Below, one piece after another: positions 1 to 10,429 of a stretch of 64,000 bases of DNA. The notes below the pieces were generated by a model. The model had not been told where the DNA came from and searched no databases. It was given only the letters and a program-made list of their open reading frames with translations. Both the position numbers and the translations under genes were made by a program. The DNA is from a virus (taxonomy: Duplodnaviria > Caudoviricetes). How positions within the stretch are numbered: position 1 is the first letter of the stretch; each line of letters begins with the position of its first letter. Location of the stretch: the IMG/VR virus record IMGVR_UViG_3300048561_000027, positions 146 through 64,145 of that record; one strand, 5' to 3'.

Positions 1-378
1 TATTTTACTATCTTCCATGTCTTTTAGTGTGTCAAAATATTCGTACACACCCTTGGCATTTTCACTAATAACGCCAGCACTTCTAGCGTAAATACGTACC
101 CGTCCATCATCATCTTTACGTACCGATACGGGGCGCGTGGGGTTGTTAGTTTTGTTAAACCGTTGCACATAGTAATTGGCTACACGATAGGCCAAATCAT
201 TACTGGTAAAATAGATGTCGTAATCGTTGACGGATTCACGTAACAACAGGGAAGCAATTGCGCCTCCGGTTATAATAGAGTTGTTTTTCACGTCATGACG
301 TAACACGTCGTCATCAATAGTGATGACGAATTCGTCGAATTTTTTTGTCAGTACGGCATTAATAGTTTTAATTTTCAT
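1..378 (-). CDS. Nucleotidyltransferase-like phage protein (5' part; runs off the window)
   Basis: Not in ORF track; manual translation MKIKTINAVLTKKF...IITGGAIASLLLRESVNDYDIYF; GG...DxD pattern of pol-beta-type NTases. Confidence 0.55.
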   Translation of the reverse strand, partial: MKIKTINAVLTKKFDEFVITIDDDVLRHDVKNNSIITGGAIASLLLRESVNDYDIYFTSNDLAYRVANYYVQRFNKTNNPTRPVSVRKDDDGRVRIYARSAGVISENAKGVYEYFDTLKDMEDSKI

Positions 379-514
379 TTAATTGTTCCGGTTATCTGTT
401 GTTTCAATACTATAAAATTGTAGATTTTTAACTTAGGCAAGTCAATTAAATATTGTTTAATCCAATTTAATATGATATGCTTTTTTAACTTTAATTTTAT
501 AATCAAAGACTTGA

Positions 515-1132
515 ATGAGAAAACGTTTGAATAAGTCCCAAGCTTTACGGGATAAGTTACAACAGTTTAAAACTAGAGCCGGACATTTACCAAGTAATTC
601 TAAACTTACTGAATTATTAACACAACCGGAAAATCAGGATTTAACTGTTATACCCGATTATGACCCTAACAATAAAGGCAGACCTCCCGTAATTGCCGAT
701 CCTAGAATCTATAATGAAATAGTTGATGCTGTTCAAAATGGTAATTTTTTAAGTGTGGCCGCGCAATTAGCCGGAGTAAGTTATGATGCCGTTGTGGATT
801 GTCTTGACCGTGGGAAGAAAGGCGAGAATCAGTTATATTATAAATTTTGGTTAGACGTTAGAAAAGCCGAAGCTTTGGCTGAGAGCAATTTAGTACAAGA
901 TATTCAAGCGCAGACAAGTCTGGATTGGCGAGCCGCATTAGAACTCTTACATCGGCGTTTCCCACAATGGGCGAAACATGATACCACTACGGTTAAACAC
1001 GAGCATTCCGGAGCCGTTACGGCAAAACGAGAATTTTCAATTTTACTTACCGAGAACCCCGTATTGCGACAACAAGCCCGAGACTTGTTAAAACATATGG
1101 GCGGCACCACTATTGAGGCCATTCCTGAATAG
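515..1132 (+). CDS. terS: Terminase small subunit (HTH type)
   Basis: Directly upstream of TerL; HTH-like LSVAAQLAGVSY and DWRAALELLHRRFP motif. Confidence 0.7.
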   Translation: MRKRLNKSQALRDKLQQFKTRAGHLPSNSKLTELLTQPENQDLTVIPDYDPNNKGRPPVIADPRIYNEIVDAVQNGNFLSVAAQLAGVSYDAVVDCLDRGKKGENQLYYKFWLDVRKAEALAESNLVQDIQAQTSLDWRAALELLHRRFPQWAKHDTTTVKHEHSGAVTAKREFSILLTENPVLRQQARDLLKHMGGTTIEAIPE

Positions 1133-1191
1133 TCAGATTTTACGACTTAGCACTAACTTTTTAATTTAACTCGTCTAATATAACGATATTT

Positions 1192-2616
1192 ATGACAGAC
1201 ACCGATTTGTTGGATAGTCAAATCCAAGATGTCCTGACTAGAGAGAATCTAGCCTACAGTTTGCCGGGCGCTTGGGCTAATTATTGCAGTCAGGGAGCGT
1301 GGAAATATTACAAACATCATGAGATAATGGAAGACGGGTTGATGAAAATTTTTAATCGTCAAATCAGATTCTTGATCGTTAACTGCCCAGCGCAGGTAGG
1401 AAAATCGGATTTGTGTTCTAAGGCTTTCCCTTCATGGTATGCAGGCCGCAGACCCAACGAACGTCTTGGATTGGTTAGTTATGAAGCCGATTTTGCTGAA
1501 AGTTGGGGGCGCAAATCATTGGATTGGTTAGAAACTTATGGACCGTCAATTTTTAACGTCACGATAAATCCAGACAAGCGTTCTGGTAAACATTGGGAAA
1601 CTTTAAATATAAAATCAAAAACATCGGCTGGGGGTGGGATGAAAACAGCCGGTATAGGTGGGCAAATAACCGGCAATGCCTATGAAGGTTTTATTATTGA
1701 AGACCCCGTAAAAAATCCTAAAGAGGCCCAATCTAAAACTAAAGTTAAAGAAATTATTGATTTTATGCAGGGGGCGGTATGGCCTAGAATACGTCCTAAT
1801 ACGTGGGTAATTCTTGTCATGACTCGCTGGGGCACGGATGATCTAACCGCGTGGGTTATACAACAACTTAATAAAATTAATGAACCTTATGAACACATTG
1901 TTATCCCAGGGATTGCGGATTTGGAAGACGACCCATTAGGTCGATCAATTGGTGATCCCTTATGGCCTGAAGAACGAAGTTTAAAATTTTGGGAAGACCA
2001 AAAACAAATCATGGGAACATATTGGTTCGCGTCTATTATCCAACAAAGACCAACTAAGAAAGGCGGTAATATAATCAAGACTTCGTGGTTCAGACGGTTC
2101 ACGGAGCGTCCGGCTAGAACTGAGGCAGAAATGATCGTTCTTAGCGTCGATGCCGCGCAAAAGGCTGAGGAAATTCATGACTACACCGTGATCGGTATTT
2201 GGTATGTCGTTGAGGGTACGAAATATTATCTAATAGACATGATTAGAGACCGCTTTGAACATCCGGATTTACTAAATATTGTCATGGATTTAGGCGATCT
2301 TTGGAAGCCTCATTTAATCCTCGTTGAGAATAAAGGTGCCGGTACGTCATTATTGCAGCATTTGGATAAAGAAACCAGCTATGGTACTTTAGCAATCGAC
2401 CCCAGATCAGATAAAGAAATGCGTATGATCACTGAATCAGCCGTGATTAAATCCGGACACGTCTATATCCCCTTAGAGGGTACACAACCTTGGGTGTTTG
2501 ATTTCGAGCAGGAAATGGCGGCTTTTCCAGCCGCTACGTATGACGATATTGTAGACATGGTGAGTCAATTCTTGTTTTGGGCCAGAGAAAAACGTGTCAC
2601 AATTGAGTTGTGGTAG
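1192..2616 (+). CDS. terL: Terminase large subunit
   Basis: Walker A-like PAQVGKS, Walker B FIIEDP, MTRW motif, C-terminal nuclease SVDAA...DYT and YDDIVD. Confidence 0.95.
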   Translation: MTDTDLLDSQIQDVLTRENLAYSLPGAWANYCSQGAWKYYKHHEIMEDGLMKIFNRQIRFLIVNCPAQVGKSDLCSKAFPSWYAGRRPNERLGLVSYEADFAESWGRKSLDWLETYGPSIFNVTINPDKRSGKHWETLNIKSKTSAGGGMKTAGIGGQITGNAYEGFIIEDPVKNPKEAQSKTKVKEIIDFMQGAVWPRIRPNTWVILVMTRWGTDDLTAWVIQQLNKINEPYEHIVIPGIADLEDDPLGRSIGDPLWPEERSLKFWEDQKQIMGTYWFASIIQQRPTKKGGNIIKTSWFRRFTERPARTEAEMIVLSVDAAQKAEEIHDYTVIGIWYVVEGTKYYLIDMIRDRFEHPDLLNIVMDLGDLWKPHLILVENKGAGTSLLQHLDKETSYGTLAIDPRSDKEMRMITESAVIKSGHVYIPLEGTQPWVFDFEQEMAAFPAATYDDIVDMVSQFLFWAREKRVTIELW

Positions 2617-2634
2617 GACCAAGACGTTTAGTTT

Positions 2635-3117
2635 TCATACTATGTCCCCCATAGCCTTCACACTTTTACAACGTGCAAATTCTTTGTTACATACCACTGC
2701 GGCACGATTAAATTGGGCGATTAAATGCACAAACCAAACCATACCAAATATATAAACTGCCAAGATGATGTAAAGTTTGGCATAAACCAGTACCGCCACA
2801 TTGACAATTCCAATGAAGTTGTAAAAAATACGTGAATATAGAATTGGTTGAATGTCTTTCGGAACCTCTATATTTTTTAAATCCTCGAAAGTGAGTTTGG
2901 TCATACTTTTCAACACGTCAATATGTTGACGGATTACCACAAATGATAAATACATATGCAACAAACCCAATACTGTCAGAATCAGATTTAAGCAATACCA
3001 AATCGTACCTAACGTAATTATAGCTGAATTAGTAGTGTAAAGGCCAAAACCGAGAATAATGGGTGGGGCAAAAATATCAAATATAACAAGTATGTTTCGC
3101 AACAATTTTATATACAT
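2635..3117 (-). CDS. Hypothetical multi-pass membrane protein
   Basis: 160-aa ORF with about 4 hydrophobic segments; antisense, between terL and portal. Confidence 0.6.
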   Translation of the reverse strand: MYIKLLRNILVIFDIFAPPIILGFGLYTTNSAIITLGTIWYCLNLILTVLGLLHMYLSFVVIRQHIDVLKSMTKLTFEDLKNIEVPKDIQPILYSRIFYNFIGIVNVAVLVYAKLYIILAVYIFGMVWFVHLIAQFNRAAVVCNKEFARCKSVKAMGDIV

Positions 3118-3200
3118 CGTGTATTCCTCATTGGCTTTCGGGGTAAAAATATGTATAATAACTGAATCAATATAAATTATTAACTTAATAGAGTCAATTA

Positions 3201-4634
3201 ATGTTTGAATCCATAAAGAATATCTTTAAAGCCAAGACTCCACAAGGACTTCCTACCCCATTAAGCGATGGGGTATCTTTTTTAAGTGGGAGCAAACCCC
3301 CGGTTATGGGCACTACTGAACTTTTGCGAGTGTATTCAAAGTCCCCACGGCTTAGATCAATACTTAACAAGATTGCCGTGGCTGTGGCCAAAACATCGTG
3401 GAGACTCTTCGTTGCAGTGGATTCTAAAGGCAAATACGTAGGGCTGTCAAAGCCTAAGAAGTTTTTAGATTTTCAGAGCCGTGAAAAATTACTTAACGAT
3501 CTCTTAATTAATGAGGCTTTAGTTGAAATTGACCAACACCCTCTTCTGGATGTTTTAAGTGACGGCAACTCTGACCTGTTGGGGTACACCAACTTACAGG
3601 TTACACAGACCCATATTGATTTGTGTGGAGAGGGTTTTTGGCTAAAAGAACGCAATGTGTTGGGAGTGCCAGTTGAGTTGTGGCCTTTACCCCCTGATTG
3701 GATTAAGGATCTGCCCACCAAGAGTTCTCCTTATTTCAAAATAATGCCTTTGAATGTGCGAAGTAATTACGTTGAAATACCCGCTACTGAAATTATTTTC
3801 TTCAAAGATCCCGATCCCGCCGATCCTTACGGTAGAGGTTCGGGGTTATCCAAAAGTTTAGGTGACGAGATTGAAATTGACGAATACAGCGCGGGTTATC
3901 TGAAAAGCTTCTTTTATAACAGAGCCCGTCCGGATATTATTATATCCGGTGATGGTCTGCGAAAAGAAGACACGCTTAGATTGGAGCAAAAATGGTTGGA
4001 GAAGCAACAGGGCTTTTGGAACCGCTTCAAACCGATGTTTTTGTCGCAAAAAGTCGATGTAAAAACGATTAGTCAAGACCTACAATCTATGCAGATCACG
4101 GCCTTACGCAAAGACGAGCGGGATGCCTTTATTAGCATTGTTGGTGCGCCCCCGGAATTGTTTGGCGTATTGTCTGCATCAAATCGCAGCACTATTGGCG
4201 CGGCTGAATACCTTTGGGCGAAAGGAATCATACAACCTAGAATGGAAATGTTGCGAGTCCACTTACAAAAACGTCTCGTACCTGATTTTGATGATCGCTT
4301 AATTCTGCATTATCACACGCCGATTCCAAGTGATGAGGAAGCCGAATTTAAAGTTATGGAGAAGTTTCCTTATGCGTTCAGTTTAGACGAACTCCGGAAT
4401 AAAGCCTTGTTTAAAAATAAAGCAGACGGTCAAGGTAAACTTCATCCAGTTCCAGCTAATATTGAACTTATGGATTTAAACAATCCCGTACATGTTAAGG
4501 GTGCTACTGGTCAGGACAACAGTGATCTAGATGAAAAAGACCTAGACAATATCAGAGAAAAACTTTACACTGAACTAAGTGAAAAATTACTACCTGTATT
4601 AATTAAAAAATTGCACAGACCGAGGATAGCTTGA
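3201..4634 (+). CDS. Portal protein (HK97 family)
   Basis: DLCGEGFW, ELWPLPP, IIFFKDPDP..YGRG.S, FFYNRARP, IVGAPPELFG motifs; follows terL. Confidence 0.93.
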   Translation: MFESIKNIFKAKTPQGLPTPLSDGVSFLSGSKPPVMGTTELLRVYSKSPRLRSILNKIAVAVAKTSWRLFVAVDSKGKYVGLSKPKKFLDFQSREKLLNDLLINEALVEIDQHPLLDVLSDGNSDLLGYTNLQVTQTHIDLCGEGFWLKERNVLGVPVELWPLPPDWIKDLPTKSSPYFKIMPLNVRSNYVEIPATEIIFFKDPDPADPYGRGSGLSKSLGDEIEIDEYSAGYLKSFFYNRARPDIIISGDGLRKEDTLRLEQKWLEKQQGFWNRFKPMFLSQKVDVKTISQDLQSMQITALRKDERDAFISIVGAPPELFGVLSASNRSTIGAAEYLWAKGIIQPRMEMLRVHLQKRLVPDFDDRLILHYHTPIPSDEEAEFKVMEKFPYAFSLDELRNKALFKNKADGQGKLHPVPANIELMDLNNPVHVKGATGQDNSDLDEKDLDNIREKLYTELSEKLLPVLIKKLHRPRIA

Positions 4635-4699
4635 ATTATTTCTTAACAAATAATATGTATTAAGTAATGTTTTGTTTAAACAAAATTAAGAGATGATCA

Positions 4700-4963
4700 G
4701 TGATGTTTGTAACTTCTTTAGCCATTACTGTTTATATTGCCTGCGCGAAGCCTCAATATGTACGTGTTGAAAAAGACAACAGGGAAGTGTGGTTGCGGGT
4801 TGTTAATTTGCAAGATTCCAATACACCCTACGCTCCACTTAAATTTAAGGTAGAGGGTAGTAAAGAGGATGTAGATTTTCACAATGCCGTATTGGAGGAA
4901 CTGGTTAAAAACAATCAAAACGTCAATATTTACATCAATAAAGACCAGTGCTATAAAATTTAG
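4700..4963 (+). CDS. Hypothetical protein, N-terminal hydrophobic segment
   Basis: ORF continuing the portal operon. Confidence 0.5.
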   Translation: MMFVTSLAITVYIACAKPQYVRVEKDNREVWLRVVNLQDSNTPYAPLKFKVEGSKEDVDFHNAVLEELVKNNQNVNIYINKDQCYKI

Positions 4964-5097
4964 TGTTGTGAAGTTAGTATTTACAATAGATACCGAGTGG
5001 GTTACGTTTATCGTAATTTATATCATACTTGGTTTGGGCAGTGCGGGGTTTTTACTGTATCAAATCTTTAAATTTCTTTTAAAAGGTGTGTTTTAAT

Positions 5098-5694
5098 ATG
5101 ACTACTAACGCATTTCATGACTTAGAACAAGTGTTAAAAAGATGTCGGGACAGTTTTGCCATAAAAATTGACGCCATTGGTAAAGATTTGTCCAATACAT
5201 TAAAGCGCGGCAACAAACTTTTAATTTGTGGGAACGGCGGTAGTGCTGCCCAAGCTCAACATTTTTCCGCTGAATTGCTTAATCAATATTGCCGCCCCAG
5301 ACATGGCTTGGCGGCAATTGCACTAACTACGGATACTTCAACAATTACCGCGATTGGCAATGACTATCACTTCGATAGTATCTTCAGTAAACCTTTTCTA
5401 GCTTTGGTTAGACCAGATGATGTATTGATCTGTATTACTACCAGTGGTAATAGTGGTAATATACTTAAAGTAATCAAGTGTGCCAACGATTATGGTAATA
5501 AGGTTATTTTGCTAACCGGAAATGGGGGCAATGCTGAAACTGAGGGTGGAGATGCAGCAGCTTTAGTTAGTCCATCGAGGGCATTCGTTGTTCCTAGTCA
5601 ATCCACACCACGAATTCAGGAAGTCCATAACGTCATTATTCACGGCCTTTGTGAAGCAATTGATCGCGACTATTTTGGTGTTGTAGACCCATAG
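5098..5694 (+). CDS. gmhA: Phosphoheptose (sedoheptulose-7-P) isomerase, SIS domain
   Basis: ICGNGGSAAQAQHFSAEL, TAIGND, TTSGNSGN, TPRIQEVH motifs. Confidence 0.93.
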   Translation: MTTNAFHDLEQVLKRCRDSFAIKIDAIGKDLSNTLKRGNKLLICGNGGSAAQAQHFSAELLNQYCRPRHGLAAIALTTDTSTITAIGNDYHFDSIFSKPFLALVRPDDVLICITTSGNSGNILKVIKCANDYGNKVILLTGNGGNAETEGGDAAALVSPSRAFVVPSQSTPRIQEVHNVIIHGLCEAIDRDYFGVVDP

Positions 5695-5765
5695 GGATCT
5701 CTGGCTCTATACCTTTGGATGGCAATCAAGTTTGTGTAGCACAAGTTAAATTGCACATGTAAATT

Positions 5766-5996
5766 TTACCTATAAAAATCTAGTAAATTACTACTTCCAA
5801 TTCTGAGCCTGATCTCTTCTAACATATCTTTACTTTGTAATTGTAAATGATCATTTTTTAACACGTCCCAACACAATTGATTGATGTCATATAACAGCCC
5901 AAAAGCGGTGTCGGCTTCAAGAATTCGTTGAGCCTTAAATTCGTCGTCGTCAGTATTTATTTCAAACGTTACTTTCATAATTAATTCCTCGCTCAT
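5766..5996 (-). CDS. Hypothetical protein
   Basis: ORF in operon with 6004-6756. Confidence 0.55.
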   Translation of the reverse strand: MSEELIMKVTFEINTDDDEFKAQRILEADTAFGLLYDINQLCWDVLKNDHLQLQSKDMLEEIRLRIGSSNLLDFYR

Positions 5997-6003
5997 GACC
6001 TGT

Positions 6004-6756
6004 TTATATTAAAAATCTCGGTACAAAATCACCCTGACTACAGCCCACTACTGGAATCATGTTATCACCTACTTGATCAATCTTGCCCTCATATAGATTA
6101 ATAATGGTTTTATACCAAATTTTAACCCAAAGTTTAGAATTACCTGACTTAATTTTCGCAGGATCAATTAAAATGTGATAACCCCCTTTGGTTTCCAACA
6201 CCTTACAGGCATCCTTAAAAATGTCGGAGATGACAAATCCAGAATTTATATCATCGATCCAATCTCTAATGTGTTGCAGTAATTTAGGCAATTTGTCGTC
6301 AAATACTGCCTTATCGTCAATATCAAAGTCTACCCAACACGTCCTTGATTTGGCCTTCTGAATTTGGCTCATCACTTCTTGATGTACGTTCCAACCTTGA
6401 TAGGGGTTACTAATTAAATCAGCAAGTTTTTTTAAAGAACCACGAGCAGCTAAAGTTTGACTTCTTGGATTCACTGTAATGTATAGCGCCAGAGATTCCT
6501 GCGGAGCCACGACATCTTTTAATTTATAACTTCCAACTGGACATTCAAGCTGTCTGATTTTATCCAATAATCTGGACTTATCAGACGTGAATCGTTTGAG
6601 TTGAGTTTTATCGGTTTTACTATGTTTCAATTCGGGGGAATATTTTTTTCTCGCGAATAATGCCAAATAGTAAATTTCATCGGGTTCAAGTTCGGGAAGC
6701 CAGTCGATGAAATCACGCAGGGCTTGTTCATTTTGGACAATTTTATAGGTGTTCAT
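6004..6756 (-). CDS. AEP (primase-polymerase) superfamily-like protein
   Basis: WVDFDID (motif A, DxD) and ETKGGYHIL (motif B, GxH). Confidence 0.55.
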   Translation of the reverse strand: MNTYKIVQNEQALRDFIDWLPELEPDEIYYLALFARKKYSPELKHSKTDKTQLKRFTSDKSRLLDKIRQLECPVGSYKLKDVVAPQESLALYITVNPRSQTLAARGSLKKLADLISNPYQGWNVHQEVMSQIQKAKSRTCWVDFDIDDKAVFDDKLPKLLQHIRDWIDDINSGFVISDIFKDACKVLETKGGYHILIDPAKIKSGNSKLWVKIWYKTIINLYEGKIDQVGDNMIPVVGCSQGDFVPRFLI

Positions 6757-6771
6757 TTACTTTCCTCAGTA

Positions 6772-6913
6772 AAAATCTTGGCCCGACAGGTTTGTATCCA
6801 AGCCAAAATCTTGGCCCGACAGGTTTGTATCCAAGCCAAAATCTTGGCCCGACAGGTTTGTAGCCAAGCCAAAATCTTGGCCCGACAGGTTTGTATCCAA
6901 GCCAAAATCTTGG
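6772..6913. repeat. 33-bp tandem repeat x4 plus a partial copy
   Basis: AAAATCTTGGCCCGACAGGTTTGTATCCAAGCC at 6772, 6805, 6838 (one substitution) and 6871, plus 10 bp at 6904. Confidence 0.98.
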
Positions 6914-7174
6914 GTAGTATTTTTACAACAGTTGTATTTAAACCACATTGTTTTATATCAAACTATTTACTATTAAATAGTTTTAGTTAAACCTTTTTAT
7001 TGTCAACCATTAAGACCCCATGTATGTAGTTTTTAACTTTGACCTGATTATAATCAGTTTCAGCCAATTCAATTCCTTTTTTAACTCTGGTGTATTTAAT
7101 CTTTAGCTGATCAAGTTTTTTACAGATCACGGACAGGCTTAATTTATTATCAATTTTTACAATCATTAGACCCC

Positions 7175-7585
7175 TTAGAAACTAAAATCATGATATTTTT
7201 CTCTATGTCCTAAATATAGGGCATATCCATGTTTGCACAAATTAAAACGATTTGTTTTTGTATTTTTTTCAATTTCTACCCAATAGTAAGAATATTTTTT
7301 AAAACAACTTTTAAAGATAAATATTTTACCCCTTGGATTGCGGGAAAAGGTATATTGTTGAATTTCACTTATCCCATTATTGTCTATCCGTGTCGCTACG
7401 TCCTCTTGAATTTCTACAATACAAACGTTGCCCTTAAAAAATTTATTAATCACTGTTCCTGGAATTCGATCAGTCCATGCTAAAATTGTCGCTGGAGTTC
7501 CTATTTGTACGGCATCAAAACAACACAATTGTGTGTTGTTCGTATATTGATTGATTATACTGCCAGTTTTTAAGGTTTGCATCAT
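7175..7585 (-). CDS. Hypothetical phage protein
   Basis: 136-aa ORF ending LGHREKYHDFSF. Confidence 0.65.
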   Translation of the reverse strand: MMQTLKTGSIINQYTNNTQLCCFDAVQIGTPATILAWTDRIPGTVINKFFKGNVCIVEIQEDVATRIDNNGISEIQQYTFSRNPRGKIFIFKSCFKKYSYYWVEIEKNTKTNRFNLCKHGYALYLGHREKYHDFSF

Positions 7586-7945
7586 TTAAGATATTCTCTA
7601 CTAATAGGCTGAATATTTACATTAAAAACTTTTTACTAGGTCAAGTCAATAAGAATCTAATCTTAACTTAATAAAGACATAACTCTTTGATTTTATAAGT
7701 TCAAAAAAATATTGTTGATTTTTACCTAGCCATAGCCTATAGTTCGAATTATCTTAACTGTATCAACTTAAAGGAGTTTACTTTGTTAAGTCTTTTTCGT
7801 AAAATGTCCAGTATTGGTTTCGGTATTGGCGGTCTGAATTGTTCTTGTTGTGCGCCTCAGCGATCCCCTTACCGCAAACAATTTAGACGGCAACACAATC
7901 GAAAAGCCCGCCATATTTTAAAACACGAATTGAGGAATTGCTGTT

Positions 7946-8257
7946 ATGACTACAAAACCCAGTATTAATTTTATCAATAACTCCTGGATTATCAAATATC
8001 AAGATCGGTTATATCCAGTTATCACGGACGGTCAGGGCCGATACTTTACTGATCTAAGCAAATGTGAACCCCCCATTGATCGCGATACAGTAGCCCCATT
8101 TCAGTATCTATCCTGTGATGCCGAACACAAGGCTATTAAAAAATTGATCGCGAATAAGAAAAAATCCCTAAAGGCGAAACTACGAGATAAAGCTATGCAA
8201 AGCCTTGGGCTGACGAAAGTTCGCGGTGCCGTATCGGGTCGAATTTATTGGGAATAA
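7946..8257 (+). CDS. Early-region hypothetical protein
   Basis: ORF with GAGG RBS; ends in TKVRGAVSGRIYWE. Confidence 0.65.
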   Translation: MTTKPSINFINNSWIIKYQDRLYPVITDGQGRYFTDLSKCEPPIDRDTVAPFQYLSCDAEHKAIKKLIANKKKSLKAKLRDKAMQSLGLTKVRGAVSGRIYWE

Positions 8258-8263
8258 TACGGC

Positions 8264-8292
8264 TTGACTTTATCAAGTTAAAAAGATAATCT
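8264..8292 (+). promoter_or_regulatory. Sigma70-like promoter overlapped by palindromic operator-like motif
   Basis: TTGACT-N17-TAATCT; ACTTTATCAAGT overlaps the -35 box. Confidence 0.5.
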
Positions 8293-8440
8293 TTTAATCA
8301 AGTTAGTCTTAATCGGAGTATGTTTAATATGAACACAGATATGAGGGAAGAAGTGCAAAAAATCGCACAAGCAACCTTTGATCATTACATTAATAAATCC
8401 GATTACAAATTAATCACGCCGAACTAAAGGTATTTATATC

Positions 8441-8901
8441 ATGAAAACTTTTTTATTTTTTGTTGATTATACGGATTGTGGAGATGGTTGGGCGTTAGTT
8501 GCTGAAGCGGACACCGTAGAAGAACTTTTACCTCTTTATAATAGTTCAGGTTATAATAATTCTAATAAATTAATTGTTACAGCAGTAGCATATACAATCA
8601 CGATCAAATCTATAATGGAGTATTCGCCTTTAGAATCCACAGGAAACAATTCAGGAGTATAAATAAAATGCCGCAACCCAATATTAGAGACACCTATAAT
8701 CAGGACATGATGGAAAAATTCCATATCTACCACAAATCCCGATCGAACTTGTACCCAATCGAATACGGCATTGTTCGTGCCAACGCGAACAGTACGCGCG
8801 ATCAAGTTTTGCGGATCTGGAATAACGGACACCCGGATATTTTTCATCTTAATCCAGCCGATCCTGGCGTTATCGTTACCAGTCTTGATTTGACGAATTA
8901 A
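8441..8901 (+). CDS. Two small early hypothetical proteins (8441-8662, 8668-8901)
   Basis: Consecutive same-strand ORFs. Confidence 0.55.
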
Positions 8902-8915
8902 CAGGAGACTAAATC

Positions 8916-9422
8916 ATGTCAACAATTAAACTTGAAATTTCCGCCGCTAATCAAAATAAAGTTATCTTAACTGGTGTTGATCTGGATTGTGACGACACCT
9001 TACAAGATGCCGTAGAACGGGAATTTTCATTTGAGGAGTTCACGGATGAACAACAAGCGGAAATTTTGGAAGCCCTTGAAGACGGCGATTATATTATTCT
9101 CGCAAGTGATGGTTTAGTCGGGTCATTTGTCAATGCGGGGATCTTAGATGACGCTTTTTTTGAATGTCGTGATCACGATCTAGATGAGGCTGTGAAACAG
9201 GCATGGTTAGATAACGGCATGGAATGGGATGCAGATCAAATCAACGAAGCCTATCAAGGCCGATTTAATTCAGACGCCGACTTTGCCCGTGATTTGTGCG
9301 ATCAAATAAGGGCCATCCCGGATGATTTTCCATCATGGATAAGTATTGACTGGTATCAAACGGCTAAAGATATTATGATGGATTACTTCGAAAGCAACGG
9401 GCATTATTTCCGAAACCTTTAA
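8916..9422 (+). CDS. ardA: ArdA-like antirestriction protein (acidic DNA mimic)
   Basis: Highly acidic; C-terminal AYQGRF.SDADFA...IP...IDW..TAKD.MMDYFESNGHYFR matches the ArdA pattern; AGGAG RBS. Confidence 0.75.
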   Translation: MSTIKLEISAANQNKVILTGVDLDCDDTLQDAVEREFSFEEFTDEQQAEILEALEDGDYIILASDGLVGSFVNAGILDDAFFECRDHDLDEAVKQAWLDNGMEWDADQINEAYQGRFNSDADFARDLCDQIRAIPDDFPSWISIDWYQTAKDIMMDYFESNGHYFRNL

Positions 9423-9497
9423 AGGAGTTTAAATTATGCGATCATTTACAGGTCACGTTGTCGGTAAAGAACGACAATACCAAATTAGGCGGACGCT

Positions 9498-9674
9498 ATG
9501 TGTCAATCCTGTGATGTATTAGTAATAAATGGCGTATTGTGTCATGAACTAGGTTGTCCCGATAAATGGCGGGACGAAATGCGCGAATGTAAATGGTGCG
9601 GACAAGATTTTAAACCAGAATCCAGAATTGATCAGTTTTGTTCCGACGATTGCCGTGAATTCTATAATACTTAA
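9498..9674 (+). CDS. Small Cys-rich (Zn-finger-like) protein, 58 aa
   Basis: Not in ORF track; MCQSCDVLVINGVLCHELGCPDKW...CKWCGQ...FCSDDC. Confidence 0.6.
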   Translation: MCQSCDVLVINGVLCHELGCPDKWRDEMRECKWCGQDFKPESRIDQFCSDDCREFYNT

Positions 9675-9691
9675 ATAAGGATCTGCTCAAA

Positions 9692-10244
9692 ATGACTAAC
9701 ATAGATGTAAGTGATCGATTCATAAGTGCTACCTACAATCCATTTCAACGTAAGATTTATATTACCCTGCAAGGCGACTCTAACGATTATGAATGGAGCT
9801 ATGATTGCACCCAAGTACCAAATAAAGATCACAAGATCGTGATCTGGCATTGTCGGAGTTCGAGTTCGCACTTGTTAGACGCGAATTTACTTAAAATGCA
9901 CGTAGTTAACCGCAAACATTGGAGGTAACGCCATGACTAGGGCACAGAAAAGACAGTTTCATAAAAATTTAATAACACCTGAATTTGAGACTTATCTGTT
10001 TCAACAAGCTAAGACGGCTAAAGTAACTCGGACTTTTTCCGCGGCTGTGGCTTTTCCGGTTTACGCCAAACAATACTATTTTTATAAGGCATTTTGGCGT
10101 TACGTGGCGTTTTGTCGTTTGTGTAAACAAGCATACGACAATAAACATTCTACCTTTAATTGTTTGGCTTCCCAGATCAAACAATTAAAAAATGACCTGA
10201 AAGGTTGTGCGGATGAATTGTATTTAGCAACAAGGGGCGTATAA
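9692..10244 (+). CDS. Two early hypothetical proteins (9692-9928, 9933-10244)
   Basis: Consecutive ORFs with AAGGA / GGAGG RBS. Confidence 0.55.
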
Positions 10245-10373
10245 ATATGGGGAAGAAAAAAATCATTGTTGATATCCCCTATACCGGCGGAACGAATCTA
10301 TTTATTTTAGAGTTGAAAGTCATGCTAGTATTGGCCGGGTGTTTGGGTCTGTTATGTCTGACTATGTGAAGTA

Positions 10374-10402
10374 TTGACTTAATCAAATTAAGATTTTATA
10401 TT
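10374..10402 (+). promoter_or_regulatory. Sigma70-like promoter with overlapping palindrome variant
   Basis: TTGACT-N17-TATATT; ACTTAATCAAAT at 10377-10388. Confidence 0.65.
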
Positions 10403-10429
10403 TAATTTAACAATTAGGAGATCACAGCA

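Noticed and set aside
6772-6913. CRISPR mini-array
   Set aside because: Units are head-to-tail with no unique spacers; no cas genes; the same applies to the 56-bp and 16-bp repeats
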